Below, in pieces: positions 1-14,068 of a stretch of DNA of 64,000 bases; position 1 is the first letter of the stretch, and every line of letters starts with the position of its first letter. Origin of the DNA: Octopus vulgaris (lineage: Eukaryota); NCBI GenBank assembly GCA_951406725.2, contig OX597815.1, positions 208,196,001 to 208,260,000 on the forward strand, written 5' to 3'. The notes under the pieces were generated by a model. That model was not told the DNA's origin and made no database searches. It saw only the letters and a program-made list of their open reading frames with translations. The position numbers and the translations under genes are program-made.

Positions 1-173
1 AAGTAACTCTCTAAAAATGTCTACGATGAGTCAACGATTTAAAAAAAAATTTACCATAATTTTTTTTCCATTTTTAATGCATTTTTTTTGCTATTTTTTG
101 GCTATAACTCTCTAAAAATGCTTATATAGTTATTTCCCTTACAAACCCGAGCAACGCCGGGCGATACTGCTAG
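1..173 (+). mobile_element. Helitron 3' end (cut by window edge)
   Basis: Subterminal hairpin CCCGAGCAACGCCGGG, then 8 nt, then CTAG|T. The same terminus occurs reverse-complemented at 53948. Confidence 0.8.
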
Positions 174-454
174 TACATATATAAAATTTTATATCAGTTT
201 GGGCAGAAAATTATTGAAAGGAATGTGCATGTGCACACACACACACACACACACAAACACACACATAATGTAACCATTGCATAAATTTAAGATGCAACAT
301 TTGAGAGCAGTAGTCACAACAGTGAAAAGTACTGGACAATGGACAGCAGTAAATAGTACGGCAAGCCCCATAGCCATCCCAACTCCATCACCATCTTTGA
401 GAAACATCCATTACTCTACTTGCCTTTAACACCTCAACTAAAATAAAAGCACTC

Positions 455-680
455 AACAAAGAAGCCACTGCATGGTCACAGGATTTGCTAGAAACAGAAG
501 CCAAATCATGTACAACTCATGTACAAATAAAAAAAAATAATTATCCATTGGATAATCAGTCTGAGGTGTGCAACACCTGGAAAATCATGGATTAGCCACG
601 AATGGAATGTCTTTGTTTCTAGGTTTGTTAAATCTCACTTGACAGGGGTGTGGGGTTAAACAACAGCAGCAACAACAAAG
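455..680 (+). mobile_element. Old SINE-like repeat, family E, (CAA)n tail
   Basis: Pattern TTGCTAGAAA.AG.AGCCAAA...GG(G/C)TAAACAACA. Diverged copies at ~18490-18690, ~19680-19860, ~32030-32225 and reverse at ~13240-13310 and ~29350-29480. Confidence 0.5.
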
Positions 681-2814
681 AATCATTATTCTCAGTTTCT
701 ATTTGTGAAGGTAGTAACAATTAGGAAAAGTGTTGAATACTTTTTGTAACAAAGTTGGTAGATTTTACCACCCAATTTTGCACAGAAATAAAAGTGAAGC
801 CCCAACAGAACACAAAGAAATAGGTTAGCCACAGAATATATATTGGCATGCCACAATAGTAATAGATAACATATCTGTTACTATGTAAGATTTAGAGGAG
901 AGCAAATGAGTGCTGAGGTGTACAAAAGTTTCTAAAAGGCATCAGTGATATAAATGAAATGAATTGACTCCCTTTGGGAAACAAAACCATAGCATGTCAT
1001 GTTATCTCTGTTTTATTACTGTTGCTATAATTTTCTTGGTATAATTTTATCAACATTTGTGTACCGACAGCATTTATAGCAATAAAAAACACCTAGTTCT
1101 TAAAGCCTGAAAAATAAGCAAATTTCAGAGTTGGTTGCTCTAGGAATTGCTGTTTGCTTATGATTTGATATTCATGACAGTATAACTTATAGAATCACAG
1201 AAGTCTGTAATCTATATAATGCAAGCAGTGATAATATAGAAGATAAACATGAATAAAAGCTGGGAATCATTTGAGAGGTAAATACTGTCATAGCAAAAGC
1301 AAAACAAAACAAAAAAAGCCCCAAACTGTCAAAGCACTTATGTTACATCTATGGGAGAATGATGTTGATAGGAACCCAAATAGCAACCAATGAACATATA
1401 AGAGGTGTAATTTCAGTTCCATCAAACTGGCAACGAACTGAGTTTTACTATATCCAGGTTTATTGTATAACTGACTAGAAATGCTTTGCAGGCATGAAAA
1501 GCTATAAAATGATGCAAGATATAATAAAAGAATTGGATATGTTCTCTTAGTTCATTGACCTCATCAGCTACAGAGAAGACATTAATGATAGCATAAAGTA
1601 GAGTTAATGAGTGGAAAGAGAATTGAAAAAGATAAAGAAAAACTAAATATCAAAGGAAAAATATTCCATTTATACCGATGAAGAAATTTGTTCTCTGCGT
1701 GGGTCCACTATGCAATGGGTGTATACTTCCGGTATGAAGAAAAGAATGAAGAAGGCGTAAAAATGAAGTAGTGGGACATGATTCTGAGATAATGTGTATA
1801 CTAAGTGTCTAACTCTTAAGGAACAAAAAGCAAAATAATGTGAAATCTAAAGAATTTGGTTTAAAATATGAGAAAAAGAAAACAGAGTCAATGGGAGTAT
1901 AGAAATTTCTTTCATCTTTCTCTTCTGGCTCCTCTTCCACGTTATCATTATTATCACTGTCACAGCTGAGGTATTGGATCAAGAGAACTCTTTGTACATG
2001 CCAAGGACAGGATAACCTCTCCTGTGCTGGTGCCATGAATATAATTCACCAAGTAAGCTCTGCAACATAGGAGGTGATATTTCTTCCTTTAATTTATTAA
2101 AGCCCCACACCCCTCTGTTGTTAATTTATTTCCCTACTGCCATCACCATTTCTCTTTCTTCTGGACCCTGGTCATTTATTTATCTGTTGTTTAAAACACC
2201 TCAATTAATATAAATGAGTTATATTATACAAACACACTCTTTCACTAATTTCAGTCATTAGACTGTGATCATGCTGGAGCACCAGCTTGAAAAGAAGAGC
2301 TGACTTCGACAAGAGTCAAACCCAGACCATGGAGAGCTGGAATAAATATAACAAAGTATTCTGTCTGAAGTACTAACAACCCTGCCAATTTAAGTTTTAT
2401 CTAATTTTTTTTTTTTTTTGTATATCAAAAGTCAGTCCAAACAAGGTAGCAAGTGGTCAGCAATAAAACAGGTTTCAAACAACCACTTAGAATGTTGTGA
2501 GTTACAAAAGAAAAACGAAAAGAAACTCGTGCAGAGCTGCCCTAAGAGTCACGAAACAATCAAAGCAAGATTTAAAAGATTTATGATCATGTTTATCGGT
2601 GAAACAAAAAGGAAGAGTGTTCCTTAAGACAGACGTTTGAGGAATGAAATTACTAGAGTAGAGACACTTCTTCACAGAATGGGGTCAACTAAGGGAATGA
2701 GAAATAGCAGATAGATGAGTTATTCAATTAGAAACTGCAAGAGGAAGGACAAGGGAAGAAAGTTTGGCAGAAAAACAACCATGAAAATATTTATGGAATA
2801 AAAATAAGGAATGG

Positions 2815-2925
2815 GTAGGCAGAGCTGTGTGGTTAAGAAGCCTGCTTTGTAGCCATTGGGTTTTAGGTTCAATCCCATTATGAAGCAGTTTGGGCAAGAG
2901 TCGTCTACTATAGCCCTGGACCATG
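2815..2925 (+). mobile_element. SINE family A head fragment
   Basis: GGCAGAGCTGTGTGGTTAAGAAG...GGTTCAATCCC...TTGGGCAAGAGTCGTCTACTATAGCC matches the head of the full copies. Confidence 0.7.
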
Positions 2926-3729
2926 CAGGTTCACAACCAACACAACCTTTTAGTAGAACATAGTGACCCTAGTACTTATTTCAGTCTCATACATTTTTCA
3001 ACAGTCTGTATTTCACTGATTGTGTCAGTTACCAGATATACATACATGGACAGAAGCAACTGCACACATTCACACACAGATATAAGATACACATACATAC
3101 ATCTTTTAACATTAGTTTATCATAGTACATCTAATCTTTAAGGTATAACAATATCAGAATAAAAATTATATGGAAGATATCAGAACATACCAAACCTTAT
3201 TATCAAGGTAATGTTGGATGTTATCTGTGTATTTCAGAAAAAAAAAGTTAATATATTTTTTTCAGAAGAATTCTATCGTAAACACCCATTCAGAACCAAT
3301 ATTTTTCTATTTCCAGAAACCCAAATATTTATGGAAATATTTCAAAAACTATAATATTTGAACATTGAGCAAACTTGTACCCAATTGCTACACACTATAA
3401 ATGAATTAAAAATCTTTTGTTAGCATACAGCTCACATTCAGTGTTTTTGTTGTCACAAATTGGAAATATTTGTTGAAATATTTCAAAATATCTAACAGTT
3501 AAATGTACCACAGCTTTGCATAAAGCTGCTACATGCTTTAACCAAATCAGAAGATTTTTCTATTGTTAACATGTATTGCATATTCAATGGTAGTTATTGG
3601 TTATATAAACAAAAAGATCAGTGAAGTCAAATCTGTTATTGCTTCAGAATTGGTAAAATGTGTAACCGATGTATAACTGAGAGTCACATTCTGTGTAGCT
3701 TCAGCTTAGAATCAGTTTCAAAATGTACA

Positions 3730-3735
3730 ACATAC

Positions 3736-3788
<53 letters not shown>

Positions 3789-4024
3789 TACATACATACA
3801 TATATATACACACACACATACACACCTACACACACACATACATACATACATGCATACATATATACACACACACATATACATATATTCACGCAGATACTGA
3901 AATTTGCATAGTCTATCAATGCAAATGCTTTTGTGTGGATATATAAATAAACTAACACACATTGATACAGTAATATGCACATGTATCTATGTGCAAGTAC
4001 ATACATACAAACACAAGCATGCAT

Positions 4025-4075
<51 letters not shown>

Positions 4076-4108
4076 TAGATATATATATATAGATATATAG
4101 AGAGATAT

Positions 4109-4169
<61 letters not shown>

Positions 4170-4372
4170 CACACAAACATATATATATGTGTGTGCATGT
4201 TTGTGTATAGATATGTGGTATATGTATATATATATATATATATATATAATAAAGCAGCAAAATACATTTACATTGAAGAACATACATTTACACTATCTTG
4301 TACAGAAACAGTAATTTCCATACCAAGAAAAATTACATACATACATACATACACATATATATATACATATAT

Positions 4373-4404
<32 letters not shown>

Positions 4405-4410
4405 ATGTAC
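3730..4410. repeat. Compound (TA)n/(CATA)n/(CA)n/(GA)n microsatellite field
   Basis: Seen directly; source of the YIYI/HTHT ORFs. Similar fields occur throughout the window. Confidence 0.95.
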
Positions 4411-4752
4411 TTACACCAACATTCACTCACATACACACAAGATCCTATGCGTACACAAAGTCCTAATATACATGCTCCTCTCTCACTCCAATACACTCTT
4501 GTTCACAGTCTGTATTCTTAGACCACCACATTTCGGAAGGTTTACTTTGAAGATAATTCTTAAAAGACTATTTTCGTTAGAATTTTCAAATTTAATTTCA
4601 CGATGAATAACTGTTTTATTTCAATGTCTTCCTTAATAACAAAGCAAACTCACTCATTATGTTTCATCATTTTCAATCAAAGTCATTTAAACTATCTTTC
4701 CCACTCTCTTTCTTTCTTCCTTTCTTTCTTTCATTTTATTTCTTCGAGTTAT

Positions 4753-5011
4753 AGTTGTTGTTGTTGTTGTTGTTGCTGCTGTTGTTGTTATTGTTGTTGT
4801 TAGAGAAAGGTTCTTCATTATAGAGACTTTTTCTTATCAAAATTTTATAGTTGTTACTGTTAGAAGTACTGTATCAAAAGCAGTAGTAGTAGTAGTAGTA
4901 GTAATAGTAGTAGTAGTAGTAATAGTAATAGTAGTAGTAGCAGCAGCAGCAGTAGTAGTGTTGGTGGTGGTTGACATTTTTGTGGTAGTGTTTGTTGTAG
5001 CAGTAATAGTG

Positions 5012-5044
<33 letters not shown>

Positions 5045-5045
5045 C

Positions 5046-5087
<42 letters not shown>

Positions 5088-5300
5088 CAGCAGCAGCAGC
5101 AGCAGTAGTGACAGTAGCAATTGTAGTAGCAGCAGCAGCAACAGTAGCAGCAGCAGCAGTAGTAATAGAAGTAGTAGTAGTAATAGTAGTAGTAGTAGTA
5201 GCAGAGGCAAAGGTAGTAGCAGCTGCAACAGTATATAATTGCAACAATAGGAGGCATCATCACCATCTTCAGCAGCAACAGCACCAGCAACTGCGGCAGC
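4753..5300. repeat. Trinucleotide repeat block (TTG)n, (AGT)n, (AGC)n
   Basis: Seen directly; gives poly-T, poly-L and poly-V ORFs in several frames. Confidence 0.95.
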
Positions 5301-5642
5301 AGCTTATAACATTAGTTTTGTCTTCATCCCCTCCGTTCCCGCTGTGTGTGTCCTCTGCTATAAAATCCGCCATCGCTGTCACCATTACCTTTCTGCCTAG
5401 CAATGATCACTGCTTCTGTGATGTCCATGGGGTATACGCTTGTAATCTGTATAGAAATGTTCAATAGCACAGATGGTGTACTGCATTTTCTGCTCATTGG
5501 TTGCATTAGTGTGTGTGTGTGTGTGTGCGCATGAGTGTAGCAAATGTCATGTGTGCATGTGGTTGTGGCCAATGCAGCTAAAAAAAAGTTAAAAAAAAAA
5601 AAAAAAAAAAAAGGAAATATCTTTCATACGAAACACAGCAGG

Positions 5643-5723
5643 ACTGCCATCTAGTGTCAGAGAGCTGGGGGTTGTAATGAAAGGAGTTTAAGTGATGCTG
5701 CAGTCACTTGCCACCTGATGGAG
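5643..5723 (-). promoter_or_regulatory. Two co-oriented CTCF-like motifs
   Basis: Minus strand TGACACTAGATGGCAG (5644-5659) and CCATCAGGTGGCAA (~5708-5721) resemble the CTCF core CCASYAGRKGGCRS. Confidence 0.35.
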
Positions 5724-6302
5724 CGTGGTGAACTCCGTCAGGGAAGGACAAAAAGCATTTAGATCATTATCAGGCAGCAGCATTGTAATCGCTACCAGCT
5801 TCACCAAAACATCATCATCATCATCGTCATCATCATCATTGTCATCACCACCAATATTATCATTGCTATTGTCATATTCTTTGACATGTCATTGGAATCA
5901 GTGGCATTATCGTTGTTGTTTCTGTTGTCATCATAGCTTCCACAATCACCATTGTTTGTCACCACCACTGCTATTCTCATTATTTGGCATCACTGCCATC
6001 ATCATCATCGTCATCATCATCATCATACCATCATCATACTTGCAAATGATTCAAAGGAATTTTCCTGCTAGATCCTAATAGCTTCACACCGTGTTCTACA
6101 GCTGAGCAGATTGCAAAGTCTATTTGTGTATTTGTATTTATCATTGTTACCATTGTTGTCAGGGTTGACATTGGCACCATTGTTAAGGGAGTATCAAAAT
6201 TAGTGTCAATGATGTTGTTGTCATTATCATTAGCATCATCACCATCATCATCATCATTATCAATATCGTTATCATCATCATCATTGTCACTATTGCTGGT
6301 TT

Positions 6303-6745
6303 CCATCCCAGTTTCAGAGGCTGGATCACTTCAATGTATAGAAGTACCTGCTCAGTGGTCAGACAAAAGGGCCTTCTATGAGATCCATTTGCATCTTACA
6401 CTCAGTACGCCAAAGGTGTCTGCTTTTCATCATTTCTGATTCATGAGCAACTGCTGATGAAAGGAGGAGTGTTGGTCAAACAGAGATATAAGGGTGCTGT
6501 GCAGGAGTATACAAACAACATCACTGTAAAGAAACTGGATGGTAGGAAGATTGTATTTGGAGATGTGTTTGCAATATTTCTAAGGGAATATGGAACTGTG
6601 GCAAGAGTAAAACTTAACCTTAACCATTCAGAGGACTTTCAGTCCAGCCCCTGGAATGGCAAAACATGTTATGACCAGCAGGATGGAACACTGAACAGAT
6701 GAACTAATTCAGTTGTTTTGGATTTTGTTTGGTCAAAATGCCTGG
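6303..6745 (+). pseudogene. Decayed Tx1/L1-clade reverse transcriptase fragment
   Basis: Frameshifted translation gives FRGWITSMY..SVVR, SVRQRC (cf. SVRQGCPLS), EYTNNITV (cf. AYADDITV), LREYGTVARVKLN and QLFWILFG (cf. KLLGVWFG), in the expected order. Confidence 0.6.
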
Positions 6746-7011
6746 AAGAGTACAAGGTGACCAGTTTCACTAAGAAATTTACCAAAAAGAAATCTATTGA
6801 CCCCAACTGCCACTCTCTCACCACAACAAAACAAAAGAGGAAATATTAATTCATAGACTAACTCCACTTCATATTACCACTTGACCATTGAATGGTGCTT
6901 CTTTTAGTCATACTAGACTGAAAGTGTCAGTTCTTCCACCTCTTGCTGTGGAAAGGAAGCATTCCACTGGTCTAGCAGTACATTTTTTTCTTTTATGTCA
7001 ACATGTTGGCA

Positions 7012-7645
7012 TTAGGTCGTGTTTGAGAAGAAGACCCATGAAGCCAAGCAAAATCACAGTCGTGGCAGATACTGGTGTCCTGCAAAAGGCACCTGTGCCA
7101 AGGGGATGTAAAAGCACCCATTACACTCTTAGAGTGGTTGGCATTAGGAAGGGCATCCAGTCGTAGGAAACCATGCCAAATCAGACTGGAGCCTGCCGCA
7201 GCCTTCCAGCATGCCAGCCCAGTCAAACCATTCAACCCATGCCAGCATGGACAATGTGAAACCATTCAACCCAGTTAAACCGTTCAACTCATGCTAGCAT
7301 AATGATAAAACGTTGCCCTTTTCAAGCCTAGCCAGGCTCATGGGCCCAGTTTCTTGGTTTCTGTGGTGCATGTATTCCCCCCAGCTGGACGGGACATCAG
7401 TCCATCACAGTATTACTCCAGAAACAGGAAGAGAGAGTGAGAGAAAGTTGTGGTGAGAGAGTACAACAGGGTTCGCCCCCCCCCCCTGCCGGAGCCTCGT
7501 GGAGCTTTTAGGTGTTTTCGCTCAAAAAACACACAACGCCCGGTCTGGGAATCGAAACCGCAATCCTCCGATTGCGAGTCCGCTGCCCTAACCACTGGGC
7601 CATTACGCCTCCACCATGCTAGCATGGACGTTAAATTATAATGAT
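7012..7645 (+). mobile_element. SINE family C (GGAAGGGCATCCAG core, GGACGTTAAA-(GAT)n tail), interrupted by a family B copy
   Basis: Core GGCATTAGGAAGGGCATCCAG...AACCCATGCCAGCATGG; tail resumes at ~7626 after the insertion. Confidence 0.75.
7301..7614 (-). mobile_element. tRNA-derived SINE family B, tail type 3
   Basis: Head GTGGAGGCGTAATGGCCCAGTGGTTAGGGCAGCGGACTCGC...GTTTCGATTCCC with A/B boxes. TSD CATGCTAGCAT at 7290-7300 and 7615-7625. Confidence 0.9.
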
Positions 7646-8141
7646 GCTCTGTGCAAAAGACTTAGGAACGAATATAAGCACAGACACTGCAGAATCAACA
7701 GAGATATCTGAACAATCTACAGATATCAGCACCTTTATCAGATATGTTTTCACTCAGTACAACACTCTGGAGCTTAATAGTGTCCAATAGCGTCTCCTTC
7801 ATTTTCTGCCCTATTTGCAATGTAAAAGATTCTTACTTCTATAATTGGCAGAAATGGTAGACTGATGTATTTAATATATTGTAGTGCTTTGTTACGACTT
7901 GTTATATTCAATGTTTTTTTTCAACTCTCACTTGAGATCAGCTTTGCTCTTCACTGTTCCCCGCATGATAAAATAAAGGACTAGTCCAGCACCAGAGTCA
8001 TTGTAAATGACTGTCCCCTTCCTTTGACCCTTTGTTAGAAAGTATCATCAGAATTACAAGTACTAAATAAATATAAATACATACATACATATACATACAT
8101 ATATGTATGTATATGTATATACATATATATACATATATATA

Positions 8142-8217
<76 letters not shown>

Positions 8218-9276
8218 TATACATACATATATATTTACATACAAACATATATATATATATATATACACACACAGACACACACAAACATATTTATATACAC
8301 ATGCATACATACATACACATACAACACACACACATACATGCACTCACACACATACACATATATATACATATATATATATAAATATTTCTTCATTTATTTA
8401 ATATCTGTTTTTCCATGCTCGAATGGAATATATATATATATATATATATTTGCATAGTGGTTGTGTAAGTGCACATATGTGGGAGTAAGAAACTTTGGGG
8501 ACAAGAAAAAAACAGTAATGGTGGAGAAACGGAATAATATGAACACAAGCATATATATATTCCGGATATAAGAAACATTATTGATGAAGATAAAAAACAT
8601 AATTTTCAAAAAATGGACAAGAAAGAGAGAGACAGACAGACAGATAGAATGTGATGGGTAGCAGAGAATTGAAATGATTCAAAAGAGAAAAGGGGAAAGC
8701 AGCAGAACGGGGGAAGAGGGAATATTATTTCATAGACAGAAATAATGTTACGCTAAGCAAGTTGCAGGAAATGTACAATAATTATTATATTTCTGTAATA
8801 AAAGTTTCTGAAAACCTGTTCCATTCAAATTTCTATATTGCAATAGAATATATAATGGGCCAGTCATAAAAGATGCAAGAGTAAGTAAGAAATTCAATGT
8901 GCATCGTATGGTGTTGTGCAAAGGAATGCAATAGAGGCTGAAATAGTACAATACATAAATAACCGCAGTTTTCCAATTTATATAATATAATCATCAAAAG
9001 AAGAAATAATAATAAGGTGTGAATCGTGTTTGTTTGATAGTTTGTTTGTTTTGGGGGGTGGAGATTTATGGGTGGGGGTGGGGGGCTTGTTTTCTTTTTT
9101 TTACCTAGTGTTTTGGTTTTTTTTTTTTTTTATTAACACCCCACCGTTGCCCCCACAACCACCACCACCACTGCCGTTAGTGTGGCAAGGATTCAAAAGT
9201 AAAGATGACTGAGGAAGCATTGATGACAGATCACCAAGGATTTATAAAAGCATATATGTGTGTGTGTGTGTGTGTG

Positions 9277-9324
<48 letters not shown>

Positions 9325-10463
9325 TATGTGTGTGTGTGTGTGTCTATTTGCACATGAATATATCTATATATGTGTGGTGTGTGTATATATATATATATGT
9401 CTATATGAATATGCTGATGTATGTATATATAGTTAGATGTGTGTATTAAATTCAAAGACGCACAGACATATATGCAGAGAGAGAGAGAGACAGACAGACG
9501 GAGAGACAGGAAAAAGATACATAGACATACATATACAGAGACAGAGAGACAGAGAAAAACACAGAGAGAGAGAAAGAGAGAAATTCACAATATAATATCT
9601 CATACCAAGAACTATATATTCATCTATTATGCAATCCCAGAGGTTTCCAATGATATTTCTTCTCTTCTTGTTTATTCTTCCTTTCAATATTTTGTACGTA
9701 TTTAAGCTCCTTTCTTATTCTCAAATGATTTCGACAAGGTAAGAGAAAATAGTTGAGCATTCAAAAATGAAATACTTGATTTTTTTTTTTTTTACCTTTC
9801 TAATTTCTTGATGTCTTTTACAATTTTCTTTTTATTTCCTTTATTTTTAATAGCATTGAGGATGCTAAATATTTCAATTTCTCCATCTCATCTTGCTTCA
9901 TATTTTCGCATGCTTTCGACTTTGCACGCTCTACATCTATCAATCTATCTGGCTGCAAATTTATTTCTTTGAATCTGTGTGTGCATGTATGTTTTACGGT
10001 TTTGTGTGTATATATGTCTCTATTTGCTTTATGTGTATATTATATACACATAGACATGTATATATATACAGACACATACATACACATATATGCAAACATA
10101 TATATGTATACGCATATGTATGTATATATATATATATATATATGTGACTATGCATACACACGCACATACATATATGCATATTCATTTACAAATGTAATGA
10201 TTTGTGGCAGACTGTAATATGTTTTGATGTAGTGTTTCCATCTAACAACTAATGAATATGTAAAGTCTGTGCGTGTGTGTGTATATATATATATATATAT
10301 ACTGTTTATTAAAGCTGCAAAACTATCACAAAAACTGTTACTCAGAGTTTCACATTCCCATCTATCGTGCAGCATATTACTCAACCTTTGGTAATCAAGT
10401 ACTTTTTTTCCTATCTTGTTTTGCACTTACATGCTCATCTTTGTTTGTGTGTGTGTGTGTGTA

Positions 10464-10561
<98 letters not shown>

Positions 10562-10565
10562 TATT

Positions 10566-10730
10566 GGTGCAGACGTAACTGCTTGGGAAGAAGCTTGCTT
10601 CCCAACCACGTGGTTCTAAGTTCAATTCCGCTGTGCAGTATCTTGGGCAAGTGTCTTCTACCTTAGCCCTGGAGCCAACGAAAGCTGTGCTGGTGGATCT
10701 GGTAGACAGACTCTGAAAGAAGCCTGATGT
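10566..10730 (+). mobile_element. SINE family A, 5' half, diverged
   Basis: GGTGCAGACGTAACTG...CTTGGGCAAGTGTCTTCTA...TGAAAGAAGCCTG. Confidence 0.75.
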
Positions 10731-11364
10731 ATACATCCATGTATCCATGTGTGTGTATATATATATATATACATGCACACACACATATACAAAAACAGCC
10801 ATACTAACAAACTAACATATCTCCATCATCAGCTGCCCCACGGATATGTATATATATATAACAGAGAAACAGGTGTCACATAATCACATTCAATGACTTA
10901 CAACTGTTTCTGCTATAAAGAATTGTGCACTCAGTAGTGAATGACAAAGTGTCATCATATAGTGACATCAGACCCTTGATATGAAGTGTGTTACATAACT
11001 TCTGCTTTTGTCATTTATCTCTTAATTAATATTGGGTTCTGTACTATTCTTCTGGTTTATATAGGTGTCCAGCAGTGAGGACTCTAGTAAATTGACACTA
11101 ACTTTTAGCCAGAGTTTAGAAATACTGTGCATTATAGTATATTGATTGACATCTAACAACCAATTATTATTTCTGTTACGGCTAAGCAAAATTACTATTA
11201 TCATCATTGCCATTATCATTGTTATTATTGCTATTCTTCGCCTTATTATTATTGTTGTTACAGACACATACACATGTATGCATACAGATTTGTGTGAGTG
11301 CAAATCTATACACACACATGTATACACTTATATGTAGATAAATATATATATAAATATATATATA

Positions 11365-11794
11365 GGCGCAGGAGTGGCTGTGATAGGCGCAGGAGTGGCT
11401 GTGTGGTAAGTAGCTTGCTAACCGACCACATGGTTCCGGGTTCAGTCCCACTGCGTGGCATCTTGGGCAAGTGTCTTCTGCTATAGCCCCGGGCCAACCA
11501 ATGCCTTGTGAGTGGATTTGGTAGACGGAAACTGAAAGACGCCTGTTGTATATATGTATATATATATGTATATGTATGTGTGTGTTTGTGTCTGTGTTTG
11601 TCCGCCTAGCATTGCTTGACAACCGATGCTGGTGTGTTTACGTCCCCGTCACTTAGCGGTTCGGCAAAAGAGACCGATAGAATAAGTACTGGGCTTACAA
11701 AGAATAAGTCCCGGGGATCGATTTGCTCGACTAAAGGTGGTGCTCCAGCATGGCCGCAGTCAACTGACTGAAGCAAGTAAAAAGAGAAAAAGAG
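11365..11794 (+). mobile_element. Full-length tRNA-derived SINE family A
   Basis: GGCGCAGGAGTGGCTGTGTGGTAAG head (first 21 nt duplicated), CTTGGGCAAGTGTCTT, internal TA/TG tract, GACTGAAGCAAGTAAAAAGAG tail. Confidence 0.92.
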
Positions 11795-12844
11795 TATATT
11801 CACATGTGTGTGTATAAAAGAGAAGAGAGTGAGTAGAGACACATAATACAGGATAATCCGGTTGAGACATTTGTATCTTTTGCTTTGATTTCATACGATT
11901 CAATCCCTTTAATGCTTTTGAGGTAATGCAGTTTTGGATCTGTTGTTCTTATTGGTTTTCATATATGAAAGGCTGAGAATAGCTAAATTTTGATGTCAAT
12001 GAATTGTTTTCCCTTTGACTTGCTACCATCTTCATAATTCAAGTGGAAATATAGAAACAAAACAAAGTTGAAAGAATAACGAGTTATTGAATTGCTGCAG
12101 TAATAAATATATAGTAAGTCGAGTTTTTAAAGAGATTTCATTTATTTTTGTATTCCTATAAACCAAAGACTTACAGAGAGTGCTGCTTAGCAATGAAGCC
12201 TTGTTAAAATATACTTTAGCGTAAGTAATTTTGTGATGCCAACTGCATGCATTAGATAAGTTAGTGTTAAGATGTTTAAAGTAGGGAGTATTAAAATAAT
12301 CATGTATTGAAAAGGGCATCAAGTAAATAAGCAACAAGGAGAAGATTAAAAAAAAAATTGGCATTCATAAATTTTTTGAAAATTTTAAGTAAATATGGGA
12401 GATAACTCTGAACATGCTTTAGACTTGTTCTTAACAAATCTCTTCAGTGAAATAGCTTGAACTGTACTTGTCAAGGTAGGGATGAATGAATTACTTAGCA
12501 AATATACAAGAGTACACATTTGTTTAAAAATAGGGGAAACAGAATTGTTTAGAGATGAAATAAATCAAACTATAAAACATAATTTGCTGATCCTTACATC
12601 AACTTGAAATCAGTAAACAAGAAAGGGTTCTTCTCTAATATAAACAAAGATTTAATCAATGTTCTTCCCAAAACAGTTAAAGATTTTAATGATAAAGGAC
12701 ATTTGCCCAAGATGCAGCACAATGGGACAGAAACTGAAGCCACACGGTCAGGAAGTGAACCAGATGGTTAAGCCTGTGCTTACATGCCCAGGACTAAATT
12801 ATTCAAAGCATATTTCCATTTCTTAAGATGATATGATGCGATGT

Positions 12845-13229
12845 GTGGCGGCACAATGGCCCAGTGGTTAGGGCAGCGGACTCCCGGTCATATGATCTGA
12901 GTTTCGATTCCCAGACCGGGCGTTGTGAGTGTTTATTGAGCGAAAACACCTGAAAGCTCCACGAGGCTCCGGCAGGGGATGGTGGTGATCCCTGCTGTAC
13001 TCTTTCACCACAACTTTCTCTCACTCTTACTTCCTGTTTCTGTTGTACCTGTATTTCAAAGGGCCGGCCTTGTCACTCTCTGTGTCATACTGAATATCCC
13101 CGAGAACTACGTTAAGGGTGCACGTGTCTGTGGAGTGCTCAGCCACTTACACGTTAATTTCACGAGCAGGCTGTTCCGTTGATTCGGATCAACTGGAACC
13201 CTCATCGTCGTAACCGACGGAGTGCTTCC
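12845..13229 (+). mobile_element. SINE family B, tail type 2
   Basis: Family B head and body. TSD ATGATGCGATGT at 12833-12844 and 13230-13241. Confidence 0.9.
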
Positions 13230-14068
13230 ATGATGCGATGTGATCTGAAGAAGATATATGGCTACTATTTCTAGCAAATCGAGCAGCCATGTAGAGGTTC
13301 TCTTTCATTAAGAATTTATAAAGTGGATGCAGTAAGAATCAGACGGATGAGAGCGAGCAGTGAAGGCTTTAACTGATAACGTATTTCCTAATTATCCCTA
13401 TTTATTAGTTCCATCAAACAATGAAGCATTGTGACTTCATTACAGAGTCAATATTAATAGCCGTGAAATTACTATTTCTGATATTAAATATTGAAATATT
13501 GACCCAGTTTGGTATGTTAAGGAAATTTAGGAGAGGGAAAATAACATTAATTAGTTTCTATAAAGAAGGTTTGCCTATATTAATTAATTTGTAAGTGAAA
13601 CATGTCCTCTTCTACAATGTAAAATTTGCCTTTATTATCATTTTCATGCGGATCAACGTGGAGCGAGATTAATAAAATCAGTGATTTTTTTTCAACTTGT
13701 ATAGAAGAGATAATATATTAAAGTATGCAAAAGCTTTTGTCCATATCTTCAGCAATTCTTTTCAAAAGACATCATCAATAAAGCTGAAGTAAAGATACTA
13801 AATATCCCAAGAAAATGTTTTGTGGATAATGCTTGAAGATTAATTTTTTTTTTTTCTATTCGTTTTTGTTTTTTTTTGGGGTTTTTTTTTAACATAGCAT
13901 ATCATAAAGTCTCGGGATGTGGTTTTTATAGCCAGGAAAATTTTCTTCACCTTATTTTCCAAACTAATCTCAATAAAATTGTCTATTCATATAATGAAAA
14001 ATAAAAACATTGCAAAAAAAAAAGAGGAATGTCAATTTTGAGCTTTACTTCTCTCTATTATTTATTTA

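Noticed and set aside
4837-5467. Mucin-like poly-Thr, poly-Leu and poly-Val ORFs
   Set aside because: Trinucleotide repeats that are open in several frames, with no splice or domain evidence.
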